Counted from the first letter of the stretch, positions 49,002-61,868 are shown. The stretch is DNA of 61,868 nt from Asterionella formosa (GCA_002256025.1 NKIB01013229.1:1-61868), one strand, 5' to 3'. Program-made: numbers and translations. Notes: generated by a model from the letters alone, not told the origin.

Positions 49002-49489
49002 GAAGGATCGTTTTGTTCGACTTGTTGTCGTAATGATTCTCGGTGATTGCGTGAATTCGGGGACCGTGCTGGATCGATTTTTTGCTTTTGATAAACTGAT
49101 TATTGCACGTGCTTGTTGTTCGTCTGGATTGATGAAAGAGAAGAATTTAGAAATGTCAAGGGTTGGCGTCCTTGTGTTTCTGCAAACTTTGGAACTATTC
49201 GTTGCAATTATGACTTTTTCATTGTGGTCATCGCTGATTTAATGAGTATGGAATCGAGCGTCGGTTGGCACTGTTCTGTAGTGACGTTTAATTGTTTATG
49301 AAAGCGCATTCGTTGTTTAGGGTGAATTGTAAAAACATCGTTCTTTTAGGACTAACCCTTTTGTGGCGAGTCTAAACCGAAGGACAGCCATCGGAATGTT
49401 GACAGCGGAGTTGGATCGGTGCAAAACGTTAACGAACACAGATGGTTGCAAAAAGTGTCTAATGGACGGATTATTTGCATGGCCGAAGC

Positions 49490-50338
49490 TTAATGAGCTC
49501 TCGTTTGCGAGGCTTCTTCTTCTAGTCTTCGCTTTAGTTTCGCGGCAGTAATTTCTAGAAGCTGTACAATGGTGTCATGGCAAAGACGACTCGGTTCTAC
49601 TCCATCAATTATTCGTTGCTGGTCTCCTTCCACCCAGTGCTCCAACTCAGTGATAGTTAACCACTTGTGATCCACTACTTCGTGATCCAAGTTCAATGGA
49701 ACGCCTTCCCCTGGTAAACTTAGTTGGACCAACCAGATGAACGTCAACTGTCTATCCACTCGATTCATATTAGATGGCCCATACGAACGAAAGTAGTACA
49801 GCGGGTATTCATTGAGTGGTCCAATGTAAATTGCCAGGTCCAACACTTTCGTGCCAAGCTCTTCTCGAATTCCTCGTTTAGTTGTTTCAAGTGGGGTTTC
49901 GTCGCCAATTGCATGCTCCCCAACAAGACCCCATGCATTTGCGCAAGTGACCAAGTTCGGCCCACGTTTCAGAACCAAAGTGCGATTTAGTGAATCAACA
50001 ACGTGTATCCAGTTCCCGCAATGTGGAAACCCATGCGTGTGAGCGACATCAATCGAAACAAGCTTACCTGTCTTTCTCAATGCCGTCTCCATATTGACAG
50101 GCTCCAAATGAGAAGGTTCGTTGGCCTTGAATTCGTAGACAAGGATATCGCCGTGGACTCCAGGATTGGTCAAGAAATAGAATGCAGCGAGAAAAATGGA
50201 TACTCCGAATATTCTTTTCAAAGTGTTTCCCTTTATGGCTTCGACCAATGTCCGACAGCAAGAAAACCATTGGAAAGATGGGTCTTTGGAAGTGATTGAG
50301 ACCATCTTTGTGAGAATACGGTGTTCTTTTGGGCACAT
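49490..50338 (-). CDS. Nudix hydrolase (IPP-isomerase-like fold) with N-terminal membrane anchor
   Basis: Nudix box GEHAIGDETPLETTKRGIREELG, VLKRG, EVVDHKWLT and hydrophobic IFGVSIFLAAFYFL. Confidence 0.8.
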   Translation of the reverse strand: MCPKEHRILTKMVSITSKDPSFQWFSCCRTLVEAIKGNTLKRIFGVSIFLAAFYFLTNPGVHGDILVYEFKANEPSHLEPVNMETALRKTGKLVSIDVAHTHGFPHCGNWIHVVDSLNRTLVLKRGPNLVTCANAWGLVGEHAIGDETPLETTKRGIREELGTKVLDLAIYIGPLNEYPLYYFRSYGPSNMNRVDRQLTFIWLVQLSLPGEGVPLNLDHEVVDHKWLTITELEHWVEGDQQRIIDGVEPSRLCHDTIVQLLEITAAKLKRRLEEEASQTRAH

Positions 50339-52059
50339 GCACTTCTACTGTATGGTCGGCCATGTTCTCCGGGTTCCGATCTATCTGTGTTTTGACAGTC
50401 ATCGGTTCATTATTTGATTTGAATTCATTTCTTTCGGCTGCATGCGTTTTTATTTAGGTTGGATCGGATACTTTCTGATCCATTGCAACACCACCATCTT
50501 ATTTCAAAGTATATGATGTATCTTCATGCTACGGACCTGGGCAACGTTCATCTTTGCATTCAAGAGGGAGATTTGCAGTTGGATGGATTTTTCGACTGAA
50601 TTCTCGCTTTCATTGCAGTTATTTGTATGTTCCATTTTTGCGTTTGATGGTATTGGCGAAAGCCATTTTGCTTTGCGGAGTTGTTGATGTTAGGAAATAT
50701 GGATGTACAAGATACAGATGGTGAGTGGATCAAAGTACAAGAAAAGAAAAAGAAAGAAGCCACATCCACAGTGAAGGTTATTACATGGATGGATAAGTAG
50801 GCTATTATACATAGTTAACATGATTTCTGCTCATTCTTTACTAAATATCGGGTTTACATTGATAAAGCCTCCCTGTAGACTGTCTTCTGGCCATTGTTGC
50901 CTTACAGACACAAAAGAATACAGTCCGAACTTGTGGATTGAACATAATTAGTAAAGAAAGAGGGGAATACAATGCATCCAAGATGCCGTTTATGGCACTT
51001 TTTCGAAGTTATTTTTTTATGTTATTTTTTTGAAATATTATGTTACTTTTTCCCTAATTTATTCGGGTTAAACAAAAATTTATTTCACGTATCAAATAAT
51101 TATGTGATCACACCAATAATTAAGTGTGTTCGTGACAATATATGTTGACCAACTAGCCATCACGACAGTATAAAAGCGAAATTATGCTGCTCCGCTACAA
51201 TATTATGCTGCTTTCACCATATAATGAACGAAAGAATCGCCAATTCCGATTCACTTATTATTTTTTCTGCTCCGACATATTTCTTTAATCTCAACTGGCA
51301 AATAACAACACAGCATGCAAGAGGAAGATTCACACAGTAGAATTCAGCACATGTATTAGTAGTTGATGTTGTAGACACATTGTTTAGTCATTGTTGATTG
51401 CAGAGATTACAATAGCTTGCTAGATTAGAAATAAAGCACCGTTGGTACTCATTGAGCATCATTGAGCATTGCATGTCTCCGTAGTGAATCGAAATTGAGA
51501 TGTGTCACAATGGCCTTCTCCGTTTCGGAGCAGCTACGAATATTCTACAGCGATAACTCTAGCAAGTACAATATATAAAAAGAAGGAAAGGATGATCAGC
51601 TGACAAAAATTGAATCCGTAAATTCGTTAAGAAACAGCTGTTGCATATTTTAACCTTGCATGTCGCCGTTGTGAGTCAAAATTGACATGTGCCGCAATGG
51701 CCTTCTTCTCCGTTTCCGATCGGCTAGATTACATCTATATTGATAACTGTAGCAATAACAAATTGGTCGTCAAGGCAAGGGCCAAGGAGATGAGGACTAT
51801 CAACTTCATTGAATTCAACCACTCCATAGCTAACCTGTACTTTTGGCAATATTTCGCACTTTTTCTGTACACCACCAGTCAATGCACTCCAAAAATATTT
51901 GCTGATGTCTGATTTCACCAATAAAACTCTTAGCAGTTTAGTTGATGAATTCAATCTGGTAAGAAAATAATAGCTTTGCGTTTTGGTGCGCCCCTGCCTG
52001 CTGATGTACTAACTATCATCACGGCATACTAGCACATCCTATGGTAGTAAATCAAAAAT

Positions 52060-55000
52060 GAGAACTACCACAATCGCCATCTACACATCCTGATGCCTCC
52101 TCTGATCAATATATGTTCATTATGGATATCGACATTCGCCTTGATGGCATTGATATTTTGTACATCGAATACTATGCTGGATAGAAATCATTCTTAAATT
52201 GGTGGAGAAAGATGGTTTTGAATTTTCGTTTCTACAGCATTGATCATATCAGCCAGTCCACCATCACCGAAAATTTACAACATTTACACATCTTGATACC
52301 TCCTTTTATGTTCGTTCTCAGAAAATCAACATTCGCCATAACGGTATTGATCTCGTGTACATCGAATACTATGCTGGATATCAATTGGCCTTATATTGGT
52401 GGAGAAAGATGGTTTGGAATTTTTGTTGCCACAGCACTGATGATCAGTCCACAAGCATCCGAAAATTTACACATCCGGATGCCTCCTTTGATCAGTATAT
52501 GTTTGTTCTCAGAATATCGACATTGACCATGACGACATTGATCTCGTGGACATCGAATTTTATGCTGGATAGAAATCAGCCTTAAAATGGTGGAGCAAGA
52601 TGGTTTGGAATTTTTGTTGGAACATCACTGGTCATGCAGCAGTCCACAGCAAGCACCGAAATTTTACACACCATCCTGATGACCAATTTGATCAATATAT
52701 GTTCGTTTTGAGAATATCGATATTCGAAATGACGGCAGTGATCTCGTGTACATCGAATGCTATGCTGGATAGAAATCGGCCTTTAATTGGTGGAGAAAGA
52801 TGGTTTCGAAGTTTTGTTGCCACAGCACTGATGATCAGTCCACAAGCACCGAAAATTTACACTCCATCCTGATGACCAATTCGATTTATATATGTTCGTT
52901 CTGAGAATATCGACGTTCAAAATGACAGCATTGATCTCATGTACATCAAATACTATGTTGGATAAAAGTCGGCTTTAAATTGGTGGAGAAAGGAGGTATG
53001 GAAGTTTTGTTGCCACAGTAGCTACTCATGATCAGTCCACAAGCAACGAAAATTTATTTCACATCCTGATCCTGATGACCAATATAATTAATATATGTTC
53101 GTTCTGATAATATCGACATTGTCCATGACTACTTTGATCTCGTGTACATCGATTACTTTGCTTGGTAGAAAGCAGCGTTAAATTGGTGAAGAAAGATGGT
53201 TTGGAATACTGGTCATGCAGCAGCCCACAAGAACTGAAATTTTACACATTCTGATGACCAAATTGATCAATCTATGCTCGTTCTGAGAATATCGATATTT
53301 TTTCTTCGATCTCGAGGAATTAGAATACTTTGCCAGATAAAAATCGGCCTTAAATTGGTGGAGAAAGATGGTTTGGAATTTTTGATGCCACAGCTCTGAG
53401 CGATGATCAGTCCACAAGAAGCATCCGAAAATTTACACATCCTCATGCCTCCATTGATCAATAAATATTCGTTCTGAGACAATTGACATTGGCCATGAAG
53501 ACATTGATCTCGGGTACATCGAATACTAGGCTGGATAGGAATCAGCCTTAAAATGGTTGAGCAAGATGGTTTGGAATTTCCGCTGCAGCAGTAAACAGCA
53601 AGCACCAAAAATAATTTTTACACAACCCTGATGACCAATTTGATCAATATATGTTCGTTCTGAGAATATCGATATTCTAAATGACGGCAGTGATCTTGTG
53701 TATATCGAATACTATGCTGGATAGAAATCGGCCTTAAATTGGTTGAGAAAGATGGTTTGGAATTTTTGTTGCCACAGCACTGATGATCAGTCCACAAGCA
53801 TCCGAAAATTTTACTCATCCTGATGCCTCCATTGATCAATGTATAACCGTTCTGAGAATATCGAAGGACTTCGATTTTTTTACATCAAATACTTTGCTTG
53901 ATAGAAATCGGTCTTAAATTGGTAGAGAAAGATGGTTTGGAATACTGGTCATGCAGCAGTCCACAAGAACCGAAATTATACATATCCTGATGGCCAACTT
54001 GATCAATATATGTTCGTTTTGAGAATATTGATATTCGAACTGACGGCACTGTTATCGTGTACATCGAATACTTTGCTGGATATGAATCGGCCTTAAATTG
54101 GTGGAGAAAGAAGGTTTGGCATTTTTGCAACCACAGCACTGATGTTCAGTTCACAGCAAGCACCGAAATTTTACACACCGTCCTGATGACCAATTTGATC
54201 AATATCTGTTCATTCCGAAAATATCGACATTCGCCATGATGGCATTGATCTCGCGTACATCGAATACTATGCTAGATAGAAATCAGCCTTAAAATGGTGG
54301 AGCAAGATGGTTCGGAATTTCCGTTGCAACAGCACTGGTCATGCAGCAGTCCACAGCAAGCACCGAAAATTTACACACCATCCTGATGACCAATTCGAAT
54401 TATATATGTTCGTTCTGAGAATATCTATATTCGAAATGACGGCAGTGATCTCGTGTACATCGAATACTATGCTGAATAAAAATCGGGCTTTAATTGGTGG
54501 AGAAAGATGGTTTGGAATTTTTGTGATCACAGCACTAATGTTCAGTCCACAGCAAGCAATGAAATTTTGCACACCATCCTGATGACCAATTGAATTAAAA
54601 TATGTTCATTCTAAGAATATTGAAATTTTTCATGTCGGCTTTGATCTCGTGTATATCGAATACTATTCTACACAGAAATCAGCCTTAAAATGGTGGAGCA
54701 AGATGGTTTGGAATTTTTGTTGCCACAGAACTTACAATCAGCCCACAAGCACCGAAAATTTATTTCACATCCTGATGAACAATTTGATCAATATATGTTC
54801 GTTCTTAGTATATCGACATTCATTATGACGGAATTTATGTAGTGTTCATCTAATACTATGATTGATATAAATTAGAAATAAATTGGTGGAGAAAGATGGT
54901 TTGGAAATATTGTTGCCACAGCACTAATGATCAGTCCACAAGCATCCGAAAGATTACACATCCGGATGCCTCCTTTGATCAATATAGGTTCGTTCTGATC

Positions 55001-55572
55001 ATATCAACATTCGACATGACTGCATTGACTTCGTGTACATCAAATACTATGCTAGATAAAAATCGGCCTTAAATTGCTTGAGAAGGGTTCTTTGGAATTT
55101 TTGTTGCTTCTGCACTAATGATCAAGCCACAAGTACCGAAAATTTACACACCATCCTGATGACTAATTTGATCAATGTATGTTCGTTCTGAGCGAGCATA
55201 TCGACATTAGAAATATCGGCATTGATCTCGTGTAAATCGAATACTATGCTAGATAGAAATTGACAATGAATTGGTAGAGAAAGATGGATTGGAATTTTGG
55301 TTGTTAAAGCACTGGTCATCAGTCCACAGAAGACACCTAAAATTTACACGTCTTGATGCCTCCTTTGGACAATATACGTTCGTTCTGAGCATATCGACAT
55401 TCGACAAGAAGCCTTTGATTTCGGGTACATCAAATGATATATTAGATAGAAATCGGCATCAAATTTGTTGAGAAAGAAAATGAATAGGAATTTAGGTTGC
55501 TACAGCACTGGTCATCAGTCCACAGCAAGCACCTAAAATTTTACGCATCCTGATGACGAATTTGATCAATAC
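52060..55572. repeat. Tandem satellite, ~190-bp unit, about 18-19 diverged copies
   Basis: Recurring GTACATCGAATACTATGCTGGATAGAAATCGGCCTTAAATTGGTGGAGAAAGATGGTTTGGAA at ~170-205 bp spacing. Confidence 0.95.
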
Positions 55573-57683
55573 TGAATAAGCATAGACTGCGCCAGCTTTT
55601 TCTGAAGTACAATGTACACAAATTTAGAAAAAATGAATGTTGGCAAGGAGGACCGTCCGCGCCAGTTTTCTTAATGAAAAGCAGCTGCTGGAATGAAAGG
55701 AACAAAATATCAAATTCATGGTAAAATGAAATTATTGATATTGTTGTCGTTTTTGTCGTCTTTTCTGCTATCATGGTAGTGTTCTCATTGTTGGTATCCC
55801 TGTCCCTGTTGTTTCTGCTTTCATTTTTCTTGTTCTTATTCTATTGTTCTTTCGTTGTGGTTACTGTGGCTGTATACCCTTCTCTTCCTTGGTGTTCCTC
55901 GCCCTGCGTTTGAACTTGAACATGCACTGTTTGATATGGAATGTAAAATGGTCTTGTTTGTTAAAAACCAGCCATCCTCTGACTCTGTGAATCTTGTTCT
56001 TCGCTTCCAGATAACAAAGACTCTGTTGTGGGCCGGTTCCTCTGGAAGAAACAGGCAGGCATTTTTGTTTCTCCTTCTTGTCATCACAGAGAGGATGCAT
56101 CTGAAAGTTCGAGAAATATATTGTAAGCAGTTAATATTTTGGGAAATGGAAACAAGTCTTTTGTAAGATTGTTGTTGTTGCTCTGCTTCGTCGCTCGTTT
56201 TTTTCGTCTTGTGTGTGGAACTATGTTTGATTGCTGTTGTAGTTCCTTTACCTCCATTTCGTTCTTTCTCTTACTTGTGCCGTTTGGAATTGGAAAAGAG
56301 GTCAGTCATAAACTTGTTACTCTGCGAACCTTGTTCTTTTTCTACAGACAATCAATCTGTTTTTGGCAGGGTAAGGTTGAACCTTGGGAATAATGAAATG
56401 CGTCGTGCTCTGCCTGTGTCAGGAAGGCTATTCTGTGTCAGACAGGCTATCAAACATTTTTTATTCGCATTGTTGAAAGGATTCCTCTGGTGCATAGGGG
56501 ACAAATATGTTCATGGTAAGCAAGTGCAATGTTTTCTTGCCTTCTGCTGATATTGTTTGCTGTTGCTTGTTGTGGGAAGATCTCCTCTCCTATTCTCCTT
56601 CGTCTTTGTTCAGAATTGTTAGCGCAGGCATTGCTTATTTGTAATGAATTAGAAGAAGGGCTTGATTGTGTGCTTGTTAATTGTTGATCACGAACTTACT
56701 CTGCAAATGCTGTTCTTTGTCTACAAACAATCAATCTGTTGAGCAAGAGATTTGTTGGGAATCAGGCGGCATGGTAAGCACAACGAGAAAAATGCCTTTG
56801 TAACAATTGTTTGTCCATGAACTTACTCTGCAATTGATGTTCACTGATCGCAGACAATCAATTTGATGAGGGCTGGGTTGCTTGGCCATTGGGGAACAAG
56901 GTGAGGAGCACAACAGAACCGAAATCATGGCTTCACAACTTTTGTTTCTCATCAATTTAATCTGAAAATGTTGCCCTCTTTCTACAACAGACAATCAATA
57001 TGAGCAATGAGAATGAGCAGCCGGCTCATTTGCTATGAATTGATCTACCGATAGTAGCAACAGGGACTCCTGCAAGTATGAGTAGCCAGGCAATCTTGCA
57101 AATCGTTACAGCATCCAGCTGCAAGAATGAACATCCATTGCTTGTTTTATTGGTTTGAGAATCACGTTCTGTAGAAAGTATCAATATAAACTATATAGCA
57201 AAGCGATTAATTTGATTGATTTTGCGATTGTAGCTAGAATTTAATTAAAATGTTGATTGGTTACACATAATTATTTGTTTGACTAGCATATATATTTGTT
57301 TAATCTTTAGGTATTAATGTGATCAAGGTAAAGATAAAATGGGAGCGAACTAACAGAATTAATGGTAGTTAGAGTGAAGAATATTTGTGAACGCAAATGT
57401 TGCGAATTGTAGAGAAAAGTAGCGTATTATAGAGATGATTGCTGAACCATTTTTTCTTCGTGTTGCCAGAAAATATTGTCAGTTGGCCCCAAAAATTATG
57501 TGGGTTTCTAAAATAATTATGGAAGTTGTCGAACCATTTTAGTTCACTCCGTTCATTTTTATTGTATGATGCATCATATATTTTATGTGATGTCATACCC
57601 TTCAATTATGTACATAGCTAAATTCGTCATATTGGGCCACCCAAATAATTAATTTGGGAGATCATATTTGACTAGCTTTTTTT

Positions 57684-60170
57684 GTGGCGGCTGTACCAGT
57701 AATCGGCGTTGTAGATGTGGGAGGCGGCAATACAGCATCCGATGATGGTGGCGGCGGTGATGCCACACCAAAAGACAAGAAGGAAAGTGCTAGTGGCAAG
57801 AAGCTACTATATCGATACGGAAACCAGAAGAATGCTGTTCCACGGCAGCCCAAGTTTGAAGGTATGTGCGATGAGCTGAAAGGTCATGTCTACGATTGCT
57901 CAGATGCAAGACAGGCAGACTTGTTTATCAAGACAACAAAGGAGGTGGCTGAGTTAGTGGGGCGGACCTAGTACAAGTATGGCAGCGACATCCGATTGGC
58001 AGTAGAAAACCTTCAGGTGCCAAACATTTCTGAGCCATATGACCCACCAGCAGGCGCATCCAGGACTCAGGAGCGCATTTGGGAAAAGCAGGTAGATGAA
58101 TATGTTAAGCGAACAAACTACATAAGCGGGAATATTAAGACCCTCTATTCACTAGTCTGGGGCCAACGCACAGACATTATGAGGCAAAAAATCGAGGCCT
58201 TGCACGATTTCGAGGAGATGTCGACCAATGGTGATGGTCTTGCATTGCTCAAAGCAATCAAAAACACTGCTTTCAGCTTTCAAAGTCAAAAGTACTTTCC
58301 ACATTCACTGTATGAATCGACTCGGCGTTTCTACATGACGGTCCAAGGAAAGTATATGACAACCCAGGCTTATCTTGAACATTTCCAAAACATGATAGAT
58401 GTCTGTGGACATACAGGAGGAATGGTGAGTCATCAACCAGGAATCGAAAGAGCCATAATGAGGGAAAGGGACATTGATCCAACAAACGCCACAACCACGC
58501 AACAAATGGAAATTGAGAAGGAGGCCCAGAACCGCTAGTATTTGGCTGTTGCCTTCATGCTTGGTTCAGATAAGGCTAGGTTTGGTCACCTGCTCGAGAA
58601 CTTGGAGAATGACTATCTCCAAGGCCAAAATAATTACCCAACATCCATCAGCTACTGCAGCCTATAATCTGCTTACTAATTGGAAACAAGACCCCTGCAA
58701 TCTCATACATACAAGTGGACCGGTCAACGATGGAGTATCATTTACCAATGTAGACGGTGAACATGGAGAACAAGATATCGCACTCGCAAACAGTGGACAC
58801 ACTAAATCTGGACAAAATAAATTGGCACACATCACATGCCACAAATGTGGCAAACAGGGACATTTTGCTGACAAATGCGAAGAGGAGCGTCAGGATCATC
58901 AAACTGGCTCCATGCTTTTGACGGCAGGTAAAGAGAACGGAGAGTTCAATCATGAGGAGCACTTCCAATTTCTGCAGCACACCAAGGAAGTATCATTGAA
59001 GCTAGATGAGAGCGGAAAAATACCAAAGAGCTGGATCTTGTTAAACAACCAGTCTACTGTTGATGTCTTCTATAATGCAAATCTACTCAGGAATATCAGA
59101 AAAGGTGAAAAACATTTGGATATTCACTGCAACACAGGTGTTACAAGCACTAACTTGTTGGTTGGTGACTTGCCAGGATATCGGACAGTGTGGTACCATC
59201 CAAATGGGATTGCCAATATCTTGTCCTTGGCAAAAATGCAGGAAAGTGGGTACCACATTGAATATGATAGCAAGGATGGAAATGAGTTCATTATTTTCAA
59301 ACCAGACGGAAGCATGAGGAGAGTGTTTAAACAATCAGATCGTGGTCTATACTTCATGGACAGCAAGATGGCCAGCACTACAGAGGTCACATTGGTTAAT
59401 ATGGTAGACGACAACCGTTCTAACTACACCAACGATGACTGTTCTCGTGCAGTATTAGCTCATCAATTACAAATGATCATAGGAAGGCCAAGTACTTGTA
59501 CATTCACTAAAATTGTGGAAAACAATTTACTACCAAACTGCCCAGTGACCCAAAGGGACATCATGATGGCAGAGGATATAATTGGTCCTGATGTGGGATC
59601 ACTAAAAGGGAAAACCACTCGACGCGGTACTGATCATGTGGCAATGAATCTAATTGAAATCCCAACCAGCATAATGAATCAATACAAAAATATCATCTTG
59701 GGAGGTGACATCATGTTTGTGAACAAAATTCCTTTCTTTGTGACCATGTCCCATCATGTCAAATTTGGGACAGCAGAAATGCTGCAAAATCAACAAAGCA
59801 AGACAATACTAAGGGCTTTTAAGCAAGTGAAAAGCGTCTATATGAAGAGGGAATTTAAGATCTCAACATTGTTAATGGATGGAAAATTTGAATCAATCAG
59901 AGGTGGTGACCTGGCCGAAATGCAAATCAATCTCAATACTGTTTCCAATGATGAACACGTCCCAGAAGTGGAAAGATACATTTGTACCATCAAAGAGCGC
60001 GCATATTGTGTATATAACACATTGCCGTTTCGGCGAATTCCAGCAAGAAGGATGACATGAAAAGTCACACCGGAGCTGTGATAACCCTAGGAAAAGGAGG
60101 AATATATGGCACATCAACCAGGCAAAGAATTAACACAAGAAGTCCCACAGAAGGTGAGCTTGTAGGAGTG
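57684..60170 (+). pseudogene. Copia gag-protease-integrase, fused by deletion to the RNase H start
   Basis: Zinc knuckle CHKCGKQGHFADKC, protease WILLNNQST (D>N), integrase GDIMFVNKIPF and EHVPEVERYI. Then DMKSHTG...NTRSPTEGELVGV. In-frame stops at 57969 and 58536. Confidence 0.9.
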
Positions 60171-60692
60171 GGGAGGCTTTTTTAATGTAAACCTGATAAT
60201 TAGTAAGAATGAGCAGAACTCATGTTAATTTTATGTATATATACCTACTTTTCCACCTATGTAACCTTCACTGTGGACATGGCTTCTTTCTTTCTTTCCT
60301 TGTACTTTGATCCACTCACCATCTGTATCTTGTATGTCCATATTTCCTATCGCACTCCTGTGATCCTGGAAGCTAACAGTTGCTGGATCAACATTCATAA
60401 TCTTGTTTCTAAATTTCTGGAAAAGGACGCCCTGTAGTGGCTTTGTAAAGAAATCTGCAACCATCTCTTGTGTGGGGCAGTATTGAACTGACACCTCTTT
60501 TGCCTCAATACAATCAGTAACAAAGAAATATTTGATGTTAATGTGGCGAGTTCTTTTGCTGCTCGATGCCTTGCCATTCTTTTCCAACAATACTGCACTC
60601 TGATTATCCTGAAAGATAATTAAATCTTTAACGCCATACCCTTGAGCCTCCAAAAAATATCGTGTCCACAATATCTGTGGCATTGCGTCGTT
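60171..60692 (-). mobile_element. Inverted segment of the copia element: RNase H C-terminus, PPT and 5' part of the 3' LTR
   Basis: The minus strand reads NDAMPQILWTRYFLEAQGY...QDNQSA...RTRHINIKYFF...ADFFTKPLQG. 60171-60352 is the reverse complement of LTR 50688-50873. Confidence 0.9.
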
Positions 60693-61868
60693 GGACTGTC
60701 TTCTGTCCATTGTTGCCTTACAGACACAATAGAATACAGTCCAATTAAACTTGTGGATTGAACAGTTGAACGATGGCTGCCTGTTCAGCAATAATAGTTT
60801 ATAGATCTCACAATTATTATAAAGGTACAATTTGATCAACTTCATTTGTTCACTATAGTTATTTTCGATAATTTTGCATCGCCTACATCAGCTTTGCATT
60901 GCAATTCCCACAATCTTTTGTTTCAGTCCACTTCCAAAATCAGGATATTGAGTGATACTACCAGGTACCGGTATCACATGAAAGAAGACACCGGAACCCC
61001 CACACCTTTAACCCATGCCAAGTACCTGGTATGAGATACCGGAAATTCTATTCATCACTAAAATAATGTCACATGATGTCATTGGCTTCAATTCATCATT
61101 CCGTGATTGTTTCACACACTCTATTTCAAATTCGTTTCTTCTCCCTATACTGCCATCAGTTTTGATTTCTCTTGGACTTTGCAAGTCAATATAGTACAGT
61201 CTTATCTAACTCACATTTCTAAAACTTACTTCCGAAGTAAATCAATTAGATTATCTTTAGACTAAAGTTCATTTCTCATGCATTCTTGAAATAGCTATTA
61301 TCATAGGTTATTGGAGCCTCTTATGTTTCCATTCTCAAACATTCTCCCGCAGTTTCCTGTTCTTCTTCCTCCTGCTTGTAAAGATGCTGACCCCTACTCC
61401 TTTCATCCCTGGTGGAAGACTTGGAAGCGCTCGCCCCCTTGGTCTTATTCCATCTATGCCTGCCCTCTCTGTCTCTCATGCCCAACTCCGCCATTTATTT
61501 TGCTGAATCATGCTATAAATAGAAGACGTTCTCTATATAACATTAAATAAGTCCCTGTCCTGCAACACATTGTCCGTTTCAGGAAAATGACCACAACTTG
61601 CTGGTATTCCTTGTTGTTCTTCCATAGGTTCTACCTGTTGCAGGCCTACAATTATCCTACTATGATACTACGAACGTACCCGAAAATAAATCAACTCTCA
61701 GCGCAACCTTTTATGGCCATACATATAGTCGTAGCTGTGTACTGCACTGGTAGTTAACTAGCCCCTTCGACAAAGCTCGCGATGTACATATACCGGTACT
61801 TGAGTACAGGGTAGACTGGGTACCAGGTACCAGTACATATAGTCGTAGCTTTGTTGTGCACCGGCACC

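Larger units (their letters stand above)
50688..60764 (+). mobile_element. Rearranged diatom Ty1/copia element (LTR family B), 5-bp TSD GTTGA
   Basis: 5' LTR at 50688-50944 (TGTTAGG...GAACA) and 3' LTR ending at 60764. GTTGA occurs at 50683-50687 and 60765-60769. Gag-pol remnants lie inside. Confidence 0.85.

Noticed and set aside
52060..55572. CRISPR array or repeat-protein gene
   Set aside because: There are no unique spacers or cas genes, and unit lengths vary with frequent stops and frameshifts.
61720..61850. 17-bp direct repeat TACATATAGTCGTAGCT as a TSD
   Set aside because: The enclosed ~95 bp has no element features and lies at the window edge, so a local duplication is equally likely.

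Overview
Eukaryotic nuclear DNA from a diatom. The evidence is two fucoxanthin-chlorophyll a/c (Lhcf) genes, bipartite ASAFAP-type plastid presequences, short GT-AG introns and diatom-type Ty1/copia elements. Compact gene islands alternate with AT-rich transposon debris. The genes are plastid-targeted SmpB, an OHCU decarboxylase-HIU hydrolase fusion, two HSFs, a methyltransferase fused to an eEF1B-like domain, glutamate-cysteine ligase, an SLC35A-type transporter, Pus3/TruA, a PDZ protein, cytosolic FBPase, two Lhcf, a membrane protein, a cyclin, a KH-WW protein and a Nudix protein. Most notable observations: (1) an eEF1A-type lysine methyltransferase fused to an eEF1B nucleotide-exchange-like domain; (2) GGTACC[A/T] palindromic micro-arrays upstream of nearly every gene, into which a ~90-bp MITE family inserts with a CTG duplication; (3) a tRNA-Ala-derived SINE with a 17-bp TSD; (4) a 10-kb copia element bounded by a GTTGA TSD that carries a ~190-bp satellite, an RT deletion and an internal inversion; (5) a CxxC/SH3b-like insertion in glutamate-cysteine ligase. 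All calls were made by eye and no searches were run.
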